Positions 54,601 through 62,093 of a DNA stretch of 64,000 nucleotides are shown here, piece after piece (position 1 is the stretch's first letter; each line of letters opens with the position of its first letter). Position numbers and translations under genes: made by a program. The DNA comes from a virus (Duplodnaviria; Heunggongvirae; Uroviricota; Caudoviricetes). A model generated the notes under the pieces. It was not told the origin of the DNA. It saw only the letters and a list, made by a program, of their open reading frames with translations, and did no database searches. The stretch is taken from positions 1-64,000 of the IMG/VR virus record IMGVR_UViG_3300002835_000066; one strand, written 5' to 3'.

Positions 54601-57600
54601 CTAATGTCAAACCAGTTAATGTACCAACCGATGTAATATTGGGTTGAGCCGCTGTTGTTACAGTGCCGGCTGTTGTAGCAGAACCAGCAGAAGTTGCGAA
54701 TGTCGCATTTGCTACTGTGCCTGACACGTTAGCTCCGGCTACTGCGTTAGCTGTAGTTGCAAAAGCGACTGCACCAGTAACGTTAGCGCCTGCGATTGCA
54801 CTCAGCCCACTGCCATTACCTGTAAAGACGCCAGTGTTTGCAGTGATGTTAACACCAGTGATTGTCCCGTTAACGCCGAGTCCAGTTAATGTACCGACTG
54901 AAGTAATATTACCTTGTGCAGCAGTTGTTACTGTACCCGCAGTACCTGCTGAAGTTGCGAATGTCGCATTTGCTACTGTACCAGTAACATTAGCTCCTGC
55001 AATTGCACTTAGACCTGAGCCATTACCAGTAAAGACTCCTGTGTTAGCAGTGATATTTGCAGCAGTAATGTTGCCACTTACACCAAGTGACGTAAGCGTA
55101 CCAACACTTGTGATATTGGGTTGTGCAGCAGTAGTTACAGTGCCTGCCGTAGTAGCAGCGCCAGTCAATGCACCAACGAATGTAGTAGACGTAACGCTTG
55201 ATAAGCCAGTTACAGTTGTTGTAGTAGTGCCAAGTGCAAGAGTTGTGTTACCTAATATTACATTTGAGTTTGCTAGTCTTGCTTGTGCTAATGTACCACT
55301 TGAAACGTTACTTGCATTTAGTGCAGTAAGTGCCGAACCATTACCTGTAAATACACCGGTATTTGCTGTGAATGCTGGGGCAGTGACAGTGCCGCTTGAG
55401 TCTAAACCAGTTAGTGTACCTACACTAGTGATTGTGGGCTGTGCTACGTTTACGCTAAACTGTGAGCCAGTTAATGTTAAACCAGTACCAGCAGTATATG
55501 TACCCGCACCAGAGAACTGTACCCAAACAACTGCGGATGTACCGACAGTTGTTACTGGATCTGGCATCACCCAACCCGTATTATCGTATAGCGTTCCGGC
55601 AGTGACGAATGTGAAGTCACCTCCTGCCATTTCAGTAGGAGTATCAAAATCAGTTGAACGAGTTAATACAGTTGTGCTTGTGCGATCATATATACCATTA
55701 TGCGCTGTGTTTGCTTCATTCTTAACAAGGATGCGCATTCCATTTGATAGGGTAACACCGTCAATAGTGGTATATGTTCCAGTTGTAGTTAAGGTTGCGC
55801 CGACACCGGCAGTACCATTATTATATGTTACAGTACCACCTGAAATAGTTGCCAATGTAGTTTGTGTGGCTGCGTTACAACTATCGTGTGTATGTAGACC
55901 TTGAGCAACATCGTCAACATATTGTTTAGTAGCAGCATCAGTTGAATTAACCGGAGCTGCAAGATTGATAATATTGTTGCTGGTCATGTCTAGGTTGCCA
56001 GCAATGCTGCTTACGCCAGTACCAGTTACACTCAATACACCAGTTGTTGTCAAGTTACCAGCAGCGACATTGCCTGTTACTGTAGCACTTGTTAGTGTGC
56101 CTACTGAGGTGATATTAGGTTGTGCAGCGGTGTATACTGTACCCGCTACTAATGCGTTAGCTACTTGACCACTAACATTAGCTCCAGCCACTGCGTTAGC
56201 TGTTGTAGCGAATGCAACTGCTCCACTAACATTAGCTCCGGCTACTGCATTGGCTGTTGTAGCGAATGCTACTGCACCAGTAACGTTAGCCCCAACAATT
56301 GAACTTAATCCATTACCATTGCCAGTGAATACACCAGAGTTAGCAGTGATGTTAACACCAGTAATTGTTCCGTTAACACCAAGTCCGGTTAATGTACCGA
56401 CACTAGTTATGTTACCTTGGGCAGCAGTTGTTACAGTACCCGCTGTTCCTGCACTTGTTGCAAATGTCGCATTTGCTACAGTACCGGTTACATTAGCACC
56501 TGCAATTGCACTTAACCCACTACCGTTACCAGTGAATACGCCTGTATTTGCTGTGATGTTTGCAGCAGTAACGTTGCCGCTGACACCTAAACTTGTTAGT
56601 GTACCGACTGATGTAATGTTGGGCTGGGCTGCTGTAGTGACAGTACCAGCAGTTGTAGCACTCGTAGCGGCGCCACTTAGCGCGCCAACGAATGTAGTTG
56701 CGGTAATAGAGTTGTTTGATAGGTTAGCAGTGAGGCCTGTACTTGTTAGTTCGGTGATATTCCCAGTTGCTGCGTTGGCAAAGATGAGGAAATTATTCCC
56801 AGTTCCAGCGGCCACACTGATAAAATCAGCAACGTTTGCGTGATTGACATTTAAATTAGCTACACGAGTAGTTGAAGTTACCGTTAGTGGCGCAGTACCT
56901 GTTGTGACATTTGAAGTCAGTGTACTTGCTACTACTGCACCAACAGTATTTAAATTACCTGCACTTGCATTGCCTGTGACCGCAAGTGAGCTTAATGTAC
57001 CAACCGAAGTGATATTTGGCTGAGCCGCAGTTGTTACTGTACCAGCAGAGGTTGCAAATGTCGCATTTGCTACAGTACCGGTGACATTAGCACCCGCGAG
57101 TTGTGATAGGCCTGCGCCGTTGCCAGTAATCAATCCAGAGTTGAGAGTGATTGTTCCGTTGCCGAATACCGCATTAGCAGTTGCATTACCAATAGTTAGT
57201 CCAGTTAGCGTACCGACTGAAGTGATATTAGGTTGTGCTGCCGTTGTGACAGTACCTGCTGTAGTTGCTGCGCCAGTCAATGCCCCGACAAATGTAGTTG
57301 ATGTAACACTTGATAAGCCAGTTATTGTTGTTGTAGTAGTGCCAAGTGCAAGAGTTGTATTACCTAGAATTACGTTTGAGTTTGCTAGTCTTGCTTGAGC
57401 AAGAGTACCACTTGATACATTGCTTGCATTTAGTGCGGTCAATGCTGAACCATTACCGGTGAATACACCTGTATTTGCAGTGATGTTTGCAGCAGTAATG
57501 TTACCACTTACACCTAAACTAGTTAGATTGCCTACGCTAGTGATATTCGGCTGTGCTGCGGTTGTTACCGTTCCGGAAGTTGTTGCACTTGATACAGTAC

Positions 57601-58222
57601 CGGTTACGTTAGCCCCAGTAATTGAACTTAGTGAACTACCATTGCCGCTTACATTAGTGAAGACCCCTTGAGTCGCGCCGATATTACCGACATTAGCGTT
57701 GCCGGTAGCATTTAATGTACCGGCAACATTAACACCAGTACCAGTTACAACAAGAACGTTTGCATTACCAGCAACACTGAGATTGATGTTACCGCCCGCT
57801 GCTGGAATATTTAAATTTGAGTTACCGTTTGAAACGTTTGATACTGAAGTAATAATTCCAGTTAGCTGACTACCATTACCAATAAAGAAGTTAGCAGCTA
57901 AGTTGCCATCACTATTGCGAACAGCAACAGTATTTGCTGTATTTGCAGTTGCAGTGTTGTATCCATCCAATAAATCAGCATTAAGATTTGCGACTACTGT
58001 AGTAGAAGATACGGTTAATGGAGCAGTGCCAGTTGCTACGTTTGAAATTAGTCTTACGCCACTGATATTGCCTGTTGCGGTAATATTACCGGTGACATCT
58101 AAGTTCCCCGGTGGTACTGTACTAGTTCTTATCCAAGCAGTCTGTGCGCTATTGTAGGTATAGGTTATCCCGTTTACAACAGTTGTTTCACCATTAGTTG
58201 GGTTTGTTGGGAATAATGCCAT
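48647..58222 (-). CDS. giant repetitive tail-fibre protein (3191 aa)
   Basis: Uninterrupted 9.6-kb ORF made of dozens of near-identical repeats (ATTFVGALSGAATSATTAGTVTTAAQPNITSVGTLTSLAVTGN...). It contains two copies of the conserved module of about 190 aa, which carries the motif ...NLA.P..STDAATKQYVDD... and a knob-like LVKNEA..NGIY...TR..DFD region. Confidence 0.7.
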   Translation of the reverse strand: MALFPTNPTNGETTVVNGITYTYNSAQTAWIRTSTVPPGNLDVTGNITATGNISGVRLISNVATGTAPLTVSSTTVVANLNADLLDGYNTATANTANTVAVRNSDGNLAANFFIGNGSQLTGIITSVSNVSNGNSNLNIPAAGGNINLSVAGNANVLVVTGTGVNVAGTLNATGNANVGNIGATQGVFTNVSGNGSSLSSITGANVTGTVSSATTSGTVTTAAQPNITSVGNLTSLGVSGNITAANITANTGVFTGNGSALTALNASNVSSGTLAQARLANSNVILGNTTLALGTTTTTITGLSSVTSTTFVGALTGAATTAGTVTTAAQPNITSVGTLTGLTIGNATANAVFGNGTITLNSGLITGNGAGLSQLAGANVTGTVANATFATSAGTVTTAAQPNITSVGTLSSLAVTGNASAGNLNTVGAVVASTLTSNVTTGTAPLTVTSTTRVANLNVNHANVADFISVAAGTGNNFLIFANAATGNITELTSTGLTANLSNNSITATTFVGALSGAATSATTAGTVTTAAQPNITSVGTLTSLGVSGNVTAANITANTGVFTGNGSGLSAIAGANVTGTVANATFATSAGTAGTVTTAAQGNITSVGTLTGLGVNGTITGVNITANSGVFTGNGNGLSSIVGANVTGAVAFATTANAVAGANVSGAVAFATTANAVAGANVSGQVANALVAGTVYTAAQPNITSVGTLTSATVTGNVAAGNLTTTGVLSVTGTGVSSIAGNLDMTSNNIINLAAPVNSTDAATKQYVDDVAQGLHTHDSCNAATQTTLATISGGTVTYNNGTAGVGATLTTTGTYTTIDGVTLSNGMRILVKNEANTAHNGIYDRTSTTVLTRSTDFDTPTEMAGGDFTFVTAGTLYDNTGWVMPDPVTTVGTSAVVWVQFSGAGTYTAGTGLTLTGSQFSVNVAQPTITSVGTLTGLDSSGTVTAPAFTANTGVFTGNGSALTALNASNVSSGTLAQARLANSNVILGNTTLALGTTTTTVTGLSSVTSTTFVGALTGAATTAGTVTTAAQPNITSVGTLTSLGVSGNITAANITANTGVFTGNGSGLSAIAGANVTGTVANATFATSAGTAGTVTTAAQGNITSVGTLTGLGVNGTITGVNITANTGVFTGNGSGLSAIAGANVTGAVAFATTANAVAGANVSGTVANATFATSAGSATTAGTVTTAAQPNITSVGTLTGLTLAANADITMSGTGSNINGVALVSATLFAGSGANLTTLNASNVSSGTLAQVRLANSNVILGNTTLELGTTTTTVTGLTSVTSTTFVGALTGAATTAGTVTTAAQPNITSVGTLTGLTVGNATANAVFGNGTITLNSGLITGNGAGLSQLAGANVTGTVANATFATSAGSATTAGTVTTAAQPNITSVGTLSSLAVTANANVGNLNATTRIYGNDNLIVGSTGAEGGQIILGYAGVNNITGQANSTWNMDVDASNNFRLFTQNATGVVSGISMTAYSANTNVAFAGNVSAPFFIGNGSQLTGITVAAGSSILNGNSNVNIPAANGNVNISAVGTANVVVVTATGVNVAGTLNATGNANVGNLGATGVVATTLGGTLTTAAQPNITSVGTLTSLAVTGNASAGNLNTAGAVVASTLTSNVATGTAPLTVTSTTRVANLNVNYANVADFISVAAGTGNNFLIFANAATGNITELTSTGLIANLSNNSITATTFVGALSGAATSATTAGTVTTAAQPNITSVGTLTSLGVSGTVTASAFTANTGVFTGNGSGLSAIAGANVTGTVASATAATNASALLQNTSTATTVYPTFSTSSANGNSSAVINTGISANLGNSSITATTFVGALSGAATSATTAGTVTTAAQPNITSVGTLTSLAVTGNATVGNLLGPHANGNSNVNIPAANGNVNISAVGNANIVVVTGTGANVAGTLNVTGNANVGNLGLATGIFTTAANVPLVQNGNSNISITANGNITLSATGTPAEITITSTGINVAGTLNANGNANVGNLGTAQVLATANVTAPQLISNVAAGTAPFVVTSTTVVPNLYVARANIADFISVAAGTGNNFLIFANAATGNISELTSTGLTANLSNNSITATTFVGALSGAATSATTAGTVTTAAQPNITSVGTLTSLAVTGNATVGNLLGPHANGNSNVNIPAANGNVNISAVGNANVLVVTGTGANITGTANVSGNLSAGNIITGSGTGGNISGANVITANLFTGTLTTAAQPNITSVGTLTSATVTGNVAAGNLTTTGILSVTGTGVSSIAGNLDMTSNTIINLATPTASTDAATKQYVDDVAQGLNIHPSCNAATTTTLATISGGTVTYNNGTAGVGATLTTTGSYTTIDGVTLSDGMRILVKNEATQANNGIYVRTSATVLTRATDFDTAVEIAGGDFTFITAGTVYNSTGWVQIDEVTTVGTDPIVWEQFSGAGTYQAGTGLTLTGSTFSVNASQTQVTAVGTLTGLNSSGTITAPAFTANSGVFTGNGSGLTALTGANVTGTVANATFATSAGTAGTVTTAAQPNITSVGTLTSLAVTGNASAGNLNTAGAVVASTLTSNVATGTAPLTVTSTTRVANLNVNYANVADFISVAAGTGNNFLIFANAATGNITELTSTGLTANLSNNSITATTFVGALSGAATSATTAGTVTTAAQPNITSVGTLTSLAVTGNANVGNLNATTAVVASTLTSNVATGTAPLTVTSTTRVANLNVNYANVADFISVAAGTGNNFLIFANAATGNITELTSTGLIANLSNNSITATTFVGALSGAATSATTAGTVTTAAQPNITSTGTLTSLGVSGTVTASAFTANTGVFTGNGSGLSAIAGANVTGTVANATFATSAGTAGTVTTAAQPNITSVGTLTSLGVNGTITGTRLISNIATGTAPLTVTSTTQVANLNVAQSGVTDTISVAAGTGNNFIVFASAATGNVNELTSTGLTANLSNNSITATTFVGALSGAATSATTAGTVTTAAQPNITSVGTLTGLTSSGAVSITNSTAATSRTTGALIVTGGIGANANSFFTNLNIASNIAYVSPNAANTINSTMLNGGTLAWSGNAGQLFSITDSMTGNIFTVNDVSGIPMISVDAGGNIQFAASGGFVSYGVTTGITAAGSTQGTATTLTRPINVVSTVSASTGVILPTVPAGARILVMNTSATALNVYPPSGAAINSAATNAAYAQPAGARLEFVSVSATQWYTLNATYG

Positions 58223-58273
58223 TATCTATTTCCTATACTCATCTTACTATTTATAATCATATGAATCATGCTT

Positions 58274-61200
58274 TTAGAACCTTCCAACTGCTACTTCAAT
58301 TACGCCAAAGTCTCCGTTGAAGTTTTCTAGTGCTTTACCTATAATAGTTCCTGCTCGTGCTTCATTATTTGCAGTAGCGTGTCCGTTACTAGCTGATACC
58401 ATTAAGTCACCCTTTTCAATTGGGCCAATAACTTTACACGGCACACGACCCTGTAGTGCGATTTCTGCAACATATTCTGCTTCTAGCATTGCATTCATTG
58501 AGTATGCTGGGTTAGTTGTGACAACGCCTGCAACTTTAGTTGAATCAAATGCATTAGCTAGTGTGACTTCTTGTTCGCCACCAAATAATAGAACTGTGCC
58601 TGGCTCATAGGTATCATCTGCTGTATACTTTTCTGCAAGGTCAGCGTAAGTAGCTTGCCATCTTGAACCAGCAGTGAGGGTCCAGTTACCAGTGACAGTA
58701 CCTGCGGTTACGTTTGATCCTGCTGTAATAGCAGTAGTCTGTAGTGTTGTGGGATTGAAAGTTCCATTGTATGTTAATGCGCCAGCACCGGCGCGACCTA
58801 ACTTAGTTGTACTATCCGCATTACCAAAGACAATATAACCGTTTGCGGCATTTTGTTGTCCTCTAATACTTATAGTATCAGCAGCGTTAACATCACCAAT
58901 CCATGCATCATCGCCAATTCTAAAGTTTGTTCCGTTGCCGTTATTTCCTGATAGGAAAATATCGGCAGTTACGTTACCTGTTACTGCTAGTGATGTTAGT
59001 GTACCAACTGAAGTTATATTAGGTTGTGCTGCTGTTGTTACCGTGCCGGCGGTAGTTGCACTCGTAGCCGCCCCGGTTAATGCCCCAACAAAAGTAGTTG
59101 ATGTGACGCTTGACAAGCCAGCTACAGTCGTAGTTGTACCACCTAATGTTAAAGTAGTGTTGCCGAATGTTATTGTACTGTTTGCAAGTCTTGCTTGAGC
59201 TAACGTACCACTTGCAATACTAGTTGCGTTTATTCCAGTTATTGATGACCCATTACCTGAGAAGGAGTTGGCACTTACTAAGTTAACCCCAGAAATCTGC
59301 GATCCAGCGCCTGACATTGTAATTTGTGCGTTTGCTACAAAAGTCAATCCACTAAACGAAGTACTTACTGATGTGATATTTGGCTGTGCTGCTGTTGTTA
59401 CAGTACCGGCTGTTGTAGCAGAACCAGCAGAAGTTGCGAATGTCGCATTTGCTACTGTGCCCGACACATTAGCACCTGCTACTGCATTTGCTGTTGTAGC
59501 GAATGATACTGCGCCAGTAACATTTGCGCCCGCAATCGCACTCAACCCACTACCGTTACCAGTGAATATACCGGTGTTAGCAGTAAATGCCGGTGCAGTT
59601 ATCGTACCACTTGAGTTTAGTCCGGTTAATGTACCGACAGCCGTAACCTGAGTCTGAGACGCATTAACACTAAACTGAGAACCAGTTAATGTTAGACCAG
59701 TACCAGCAGTATACGTGCCGGCGCCACTGAACTGTACCCAGACTACATTAGTTGTACCGACGGTAGTAACTGGGTCAGTCATTACCCAGCCTGTATTATC
59801 ATACAAGGTACCAGCAGTAACGAATGTAAAGTCACCACCAGCCATTTCTGCGGGTGTGTCAAAATCAGTTGAGCGAGTTAAAACAGTAGTGCTGGTGCGA
59901 TCATAGATACCATTATGTGCAGCATTTGCTTCGTTCTTAACAAGAATACGCATACCATTTGACAACGTAACACCATCAATTGTAGTGAATGTTCCGGTGG
60001 TAGTTAAGTTTGCTCCGACTCCACTTGCGCCGTTGTTGTAGGTTACTGTGCCACCTGAGATAGATGCCAAAGTAGTTTGAGTAGCTGCATTACAGCTATC
60101 GTGAGTGTGAAGTCCTTGAGCAACATCATCTACGTACTGTTTGGTAGCAGCATCAGTTGAATTAGTAGGCGTAGCAAGATTGATAATTGTGTTGCTGGTC
60201 ATATCTAGATTACCTGCAATACTGCTTACACCAGTACCAGTTACGCTGAGTACACCAGTTGTTGTTAGATTGCCTGCCGCAACATTACCGGTAACAGTAG
60301 CACTTGTTAATGTACCAACACTCGTGATATTTGGCTGCGCCGCAGTTGTTACGGTACCTGCTGTAGTTGCCGCGCCACTTAGTGCACCTGTAAATGTTGT
60401 TGCACTTACGTTACCTGCACTGATGTTTCCAGTTACAGCCAATGAAGTTAGTGTACCAACTGATGTAATGTTAGGTTGAGCCGCAGTTGTTACTGTGGCT
60501 GCTGAACCAGTTGCGTTACCTGTTAATGCACCAGTAAATGTTGTTGCACTTACGTTACCTGCACTGACGTTACCTGTTACAGCAAGTGAGGTTAGTGTAC
60601 CTGTACTTGTAATATTGGGTTGTGCCGCAGTTGTCAATGAACCTGCTACCGTAGTGAACACACCCGCGGCTGCTCCGATGTTGCCAACGTTAGCGTTGCC
60701 AGTTACACTTAACGCACCACCGGTTGTTAAGTTACCACCAGATACGTTGCCGGTCGCAGCAACGGTGCCGCTTGTAGTTAAGTTACCATTAGCATCCAAT
60801 GCCATACGAGTTGTAAGAGTTACATTTGCGCCTGCTGTGCCAGTTGGTGCGTTAGTCCATTGATGGGCTCCACCTTGCATTGAATAGTCAGCGGCTGCGC
60901 CGTTTTGAATATATTTGTTGTTAGTACCATCAAAGAAGTAGTTTTGGGAAAGGTACGTGTTAATGTCACCGCTAAAGTTCCAAAACGATGCACTTCCTAT
61001 TTGCACTACGTTTGCTGATGCCCACGCATTAGCGGTAGTGTTGACTCCTACAACAGGACCCGTTTTGACATTTCCAGTAACACTCAATGCGCCGCCGGTA
61101 GTTAGATTTCCACCTGTAACATTGCCTGTAGCAGTTAAACTACTTAATGTACCAACTGATGTAATATTAGGCTGTGCTGCTGTTGTTACAGTACCGGCTG

Positions 61201-61933
61201 TCGTGGCACTTGTAGCTGCGCCAGATAGTGCGCCGACAAATGTAGTTGCAATCAATGCACCGTTTGCTAGATTAGCACTGAATGCAGTATTTGAATTGAG
61301 TTGATAGTTGCCGTTAGCAGTAGATGAGATAAACGCTGGAAAATAAGTACCGGTTGATTGCACGTTATTCAAAACTGCGGCTGCATTTGAACCAGCTATA
61401 TTAGGTAGGGGAAGACTACTAATATCAACCCACTGAGAAGAAGTTCCATCATCTAGATACTCAAAGAGAATACCATTAAATGTGTTATACCATTGATCAC
61501 CGTTCTGCGGGCTAGCAGGAGCAGTATTTGATTGAGAAATTATTCCGGTTAAGCCATATGAGCCGCGAAAAACAGCATTACTTGTAAAGGTCGCTATGTT
61601 TGCAACGCCGTTGACACTTACTACAACATTGCCATTTGCAGCAGGAATGCTGACATTAGATGTGCCATTTGCGATTGCAGTGGCGCTAGAAATCGATTGC
61701 CAGCTTAGGTTTCCTGCGCCATCTGTTTGTAGATATTGTCCGGAACTACCACCTGTGAGCTTTACATTACTGTTTGAACCTAAGGCAACATTAGCTGCGG
61801 CAGTGAGATTTGCATTTCCTGTGACTGCAAGATTAGTTACGGTTGCGTTACCGGTCGTGGCATCCAATGTAATGTTGCCAACCGTAATACCGTTGATTAC
61901 GTTAAAATATTTTAGTGCCACAGTTCCATACAT
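58274..61933 (-). CDS. repetitive tail-fibre protein (1219 aa) with a distinct C-terminal domain
   Basis: Same repeat units, plus one copy of the TDAATKQYVDD module. The unique C-terminus (...YADLAEKYTADDTYEPGTVLLFGG...GRVPCKVIGPIEKGDLMVSASNGHA...GKALENFNGDFGVIEVAVGRF) may be a trimerisation or chaperone-like domain. Confidence 0.65.
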   Translation of the reverse strand: MYGTVALKYFNVINGITVGNITLDATTGNATVTNLAVTGNANLTAAANVALGSNSNVKLTGGSSGQYLQTDGAGNLSWQSISSATAIANGTSNVSIPAANGNVVVSVNGVANIATFTSNAVFRGSYGLTGIISQSNTAPASPQNGDQWYNTFNGILFEYLDDGTSSQWVDISSLPLPNIAGSNAAAVLNNVQSTGTYFPAFISSTANGNYQLNSNTAFSANLANGALIATTFVGALSGAATSATTAGTVTTAAQPNITSVGTLSSLTATGNVTGGNLTTGGALSVTGNVKTGPVVGVNTTANAWASANVVQIGSASFWNFSGDINTYLSQNYFFDGTNNKYIQNGAAADYSMQGGAHQWTNAPTGTAGANVTLTTRMALDANGNLTTSGTVAATGNVSGGNLTTGGALSVTGNANVGNIGAAAGVFTTVAGSLTTAAQPNITSTGTLTSLAVTGNVSAGNVSATTFTGALTGNATGSAATVTTAAQPNITSVGTLTSLAVTGNISAGNVSATTFTGALSGAATTAGTVTTAAQPNITSVGTLTSATVTGNVAAGNLTTTGVLSVTGTGVSSIAGNLDMTSNTIINLATPTNSTDAATKQYVDDVAQGLHTHDSCNAATQTTLASISGGTVTYNNGASGVGANLTTTGTFTTIDGVTLSNGMRILVKNEANAAHNGIYDRTSTTVLTRSTDFDTPAEMAGGDFTFVTAGTLYDNTGWVMTDPVTTVGTTNVVWVQFSGAGTYTAGTGLTLTGSQFSVNASQTQVTAVGTLTGLNSSGTITAPAFTANTGIFTGNGSGLSAIAGANVTGAVSFATTANAVAGANVSGTVANATFATSAGSATTAGTVTTAAQPNITSVSTSFSGLTFVANAQITMSGAGSQISGVNLVSANSFSGNGSSITGINATSIASGTLAQARLANSTITFGNTTLTLGGTTTTVAGLSSVTSTTFVGALTGAATSATTAGTVTTAAQPNITSVGTLTSLAVTGNVTADIFLSGNNGNGTNFRIGDDAWIGDVNAADTISIRGQQNAANGYIVFGNADSTTKLGRAGAGALTYNGTFNPTTLQTTAITAGSNVTAGTVTGNWTLTAGSRWQATYADLAEKYTADDTYEPGTVLLFGGEQEVTLANAFDSTKVAGVVTTNPAYSMNAMLEAEYVAEIALQGRVPCKVIGPIEKGDLMVSASNGHATANNEARAGTIIGKALENFNGDFGVIEVAVGRF

Positions 61934-62029
61934 CCCTGTTGTGCCTTATAAGAATTTATTATTAAACTCTCACAAGTATACATTATTTATCTTTTGTACT
62001 GCCAAAGCTTGTTATAAACTTTTATCAAT

Positions 62030-62061
62030 TAACAAAAAAGTCCCACCGTTTCCGATGGGAC
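62030..62061 (-). terminator. intrinsic terminator downstream of the partial fibre gene
   Basis: Plus-strand gtccca-ccgtttccga-tgggac hairpin. The minus-strand transcript continues CUUUUUUGUUAAUU. Confidence 0.6.
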
Positions 62062-62093
62062 CTTGTTGTGTTTTAGTATGTTAACTTACAATA

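Noticed and set aside
48647-58222. Possibility that the regular repeats are a CRISPR array
   Set aside because: The repeats are in-frame inside a continuous 9.6-kb ORF. They vary in length and are not separated by unique spacers of constant size. No cas genes are present.
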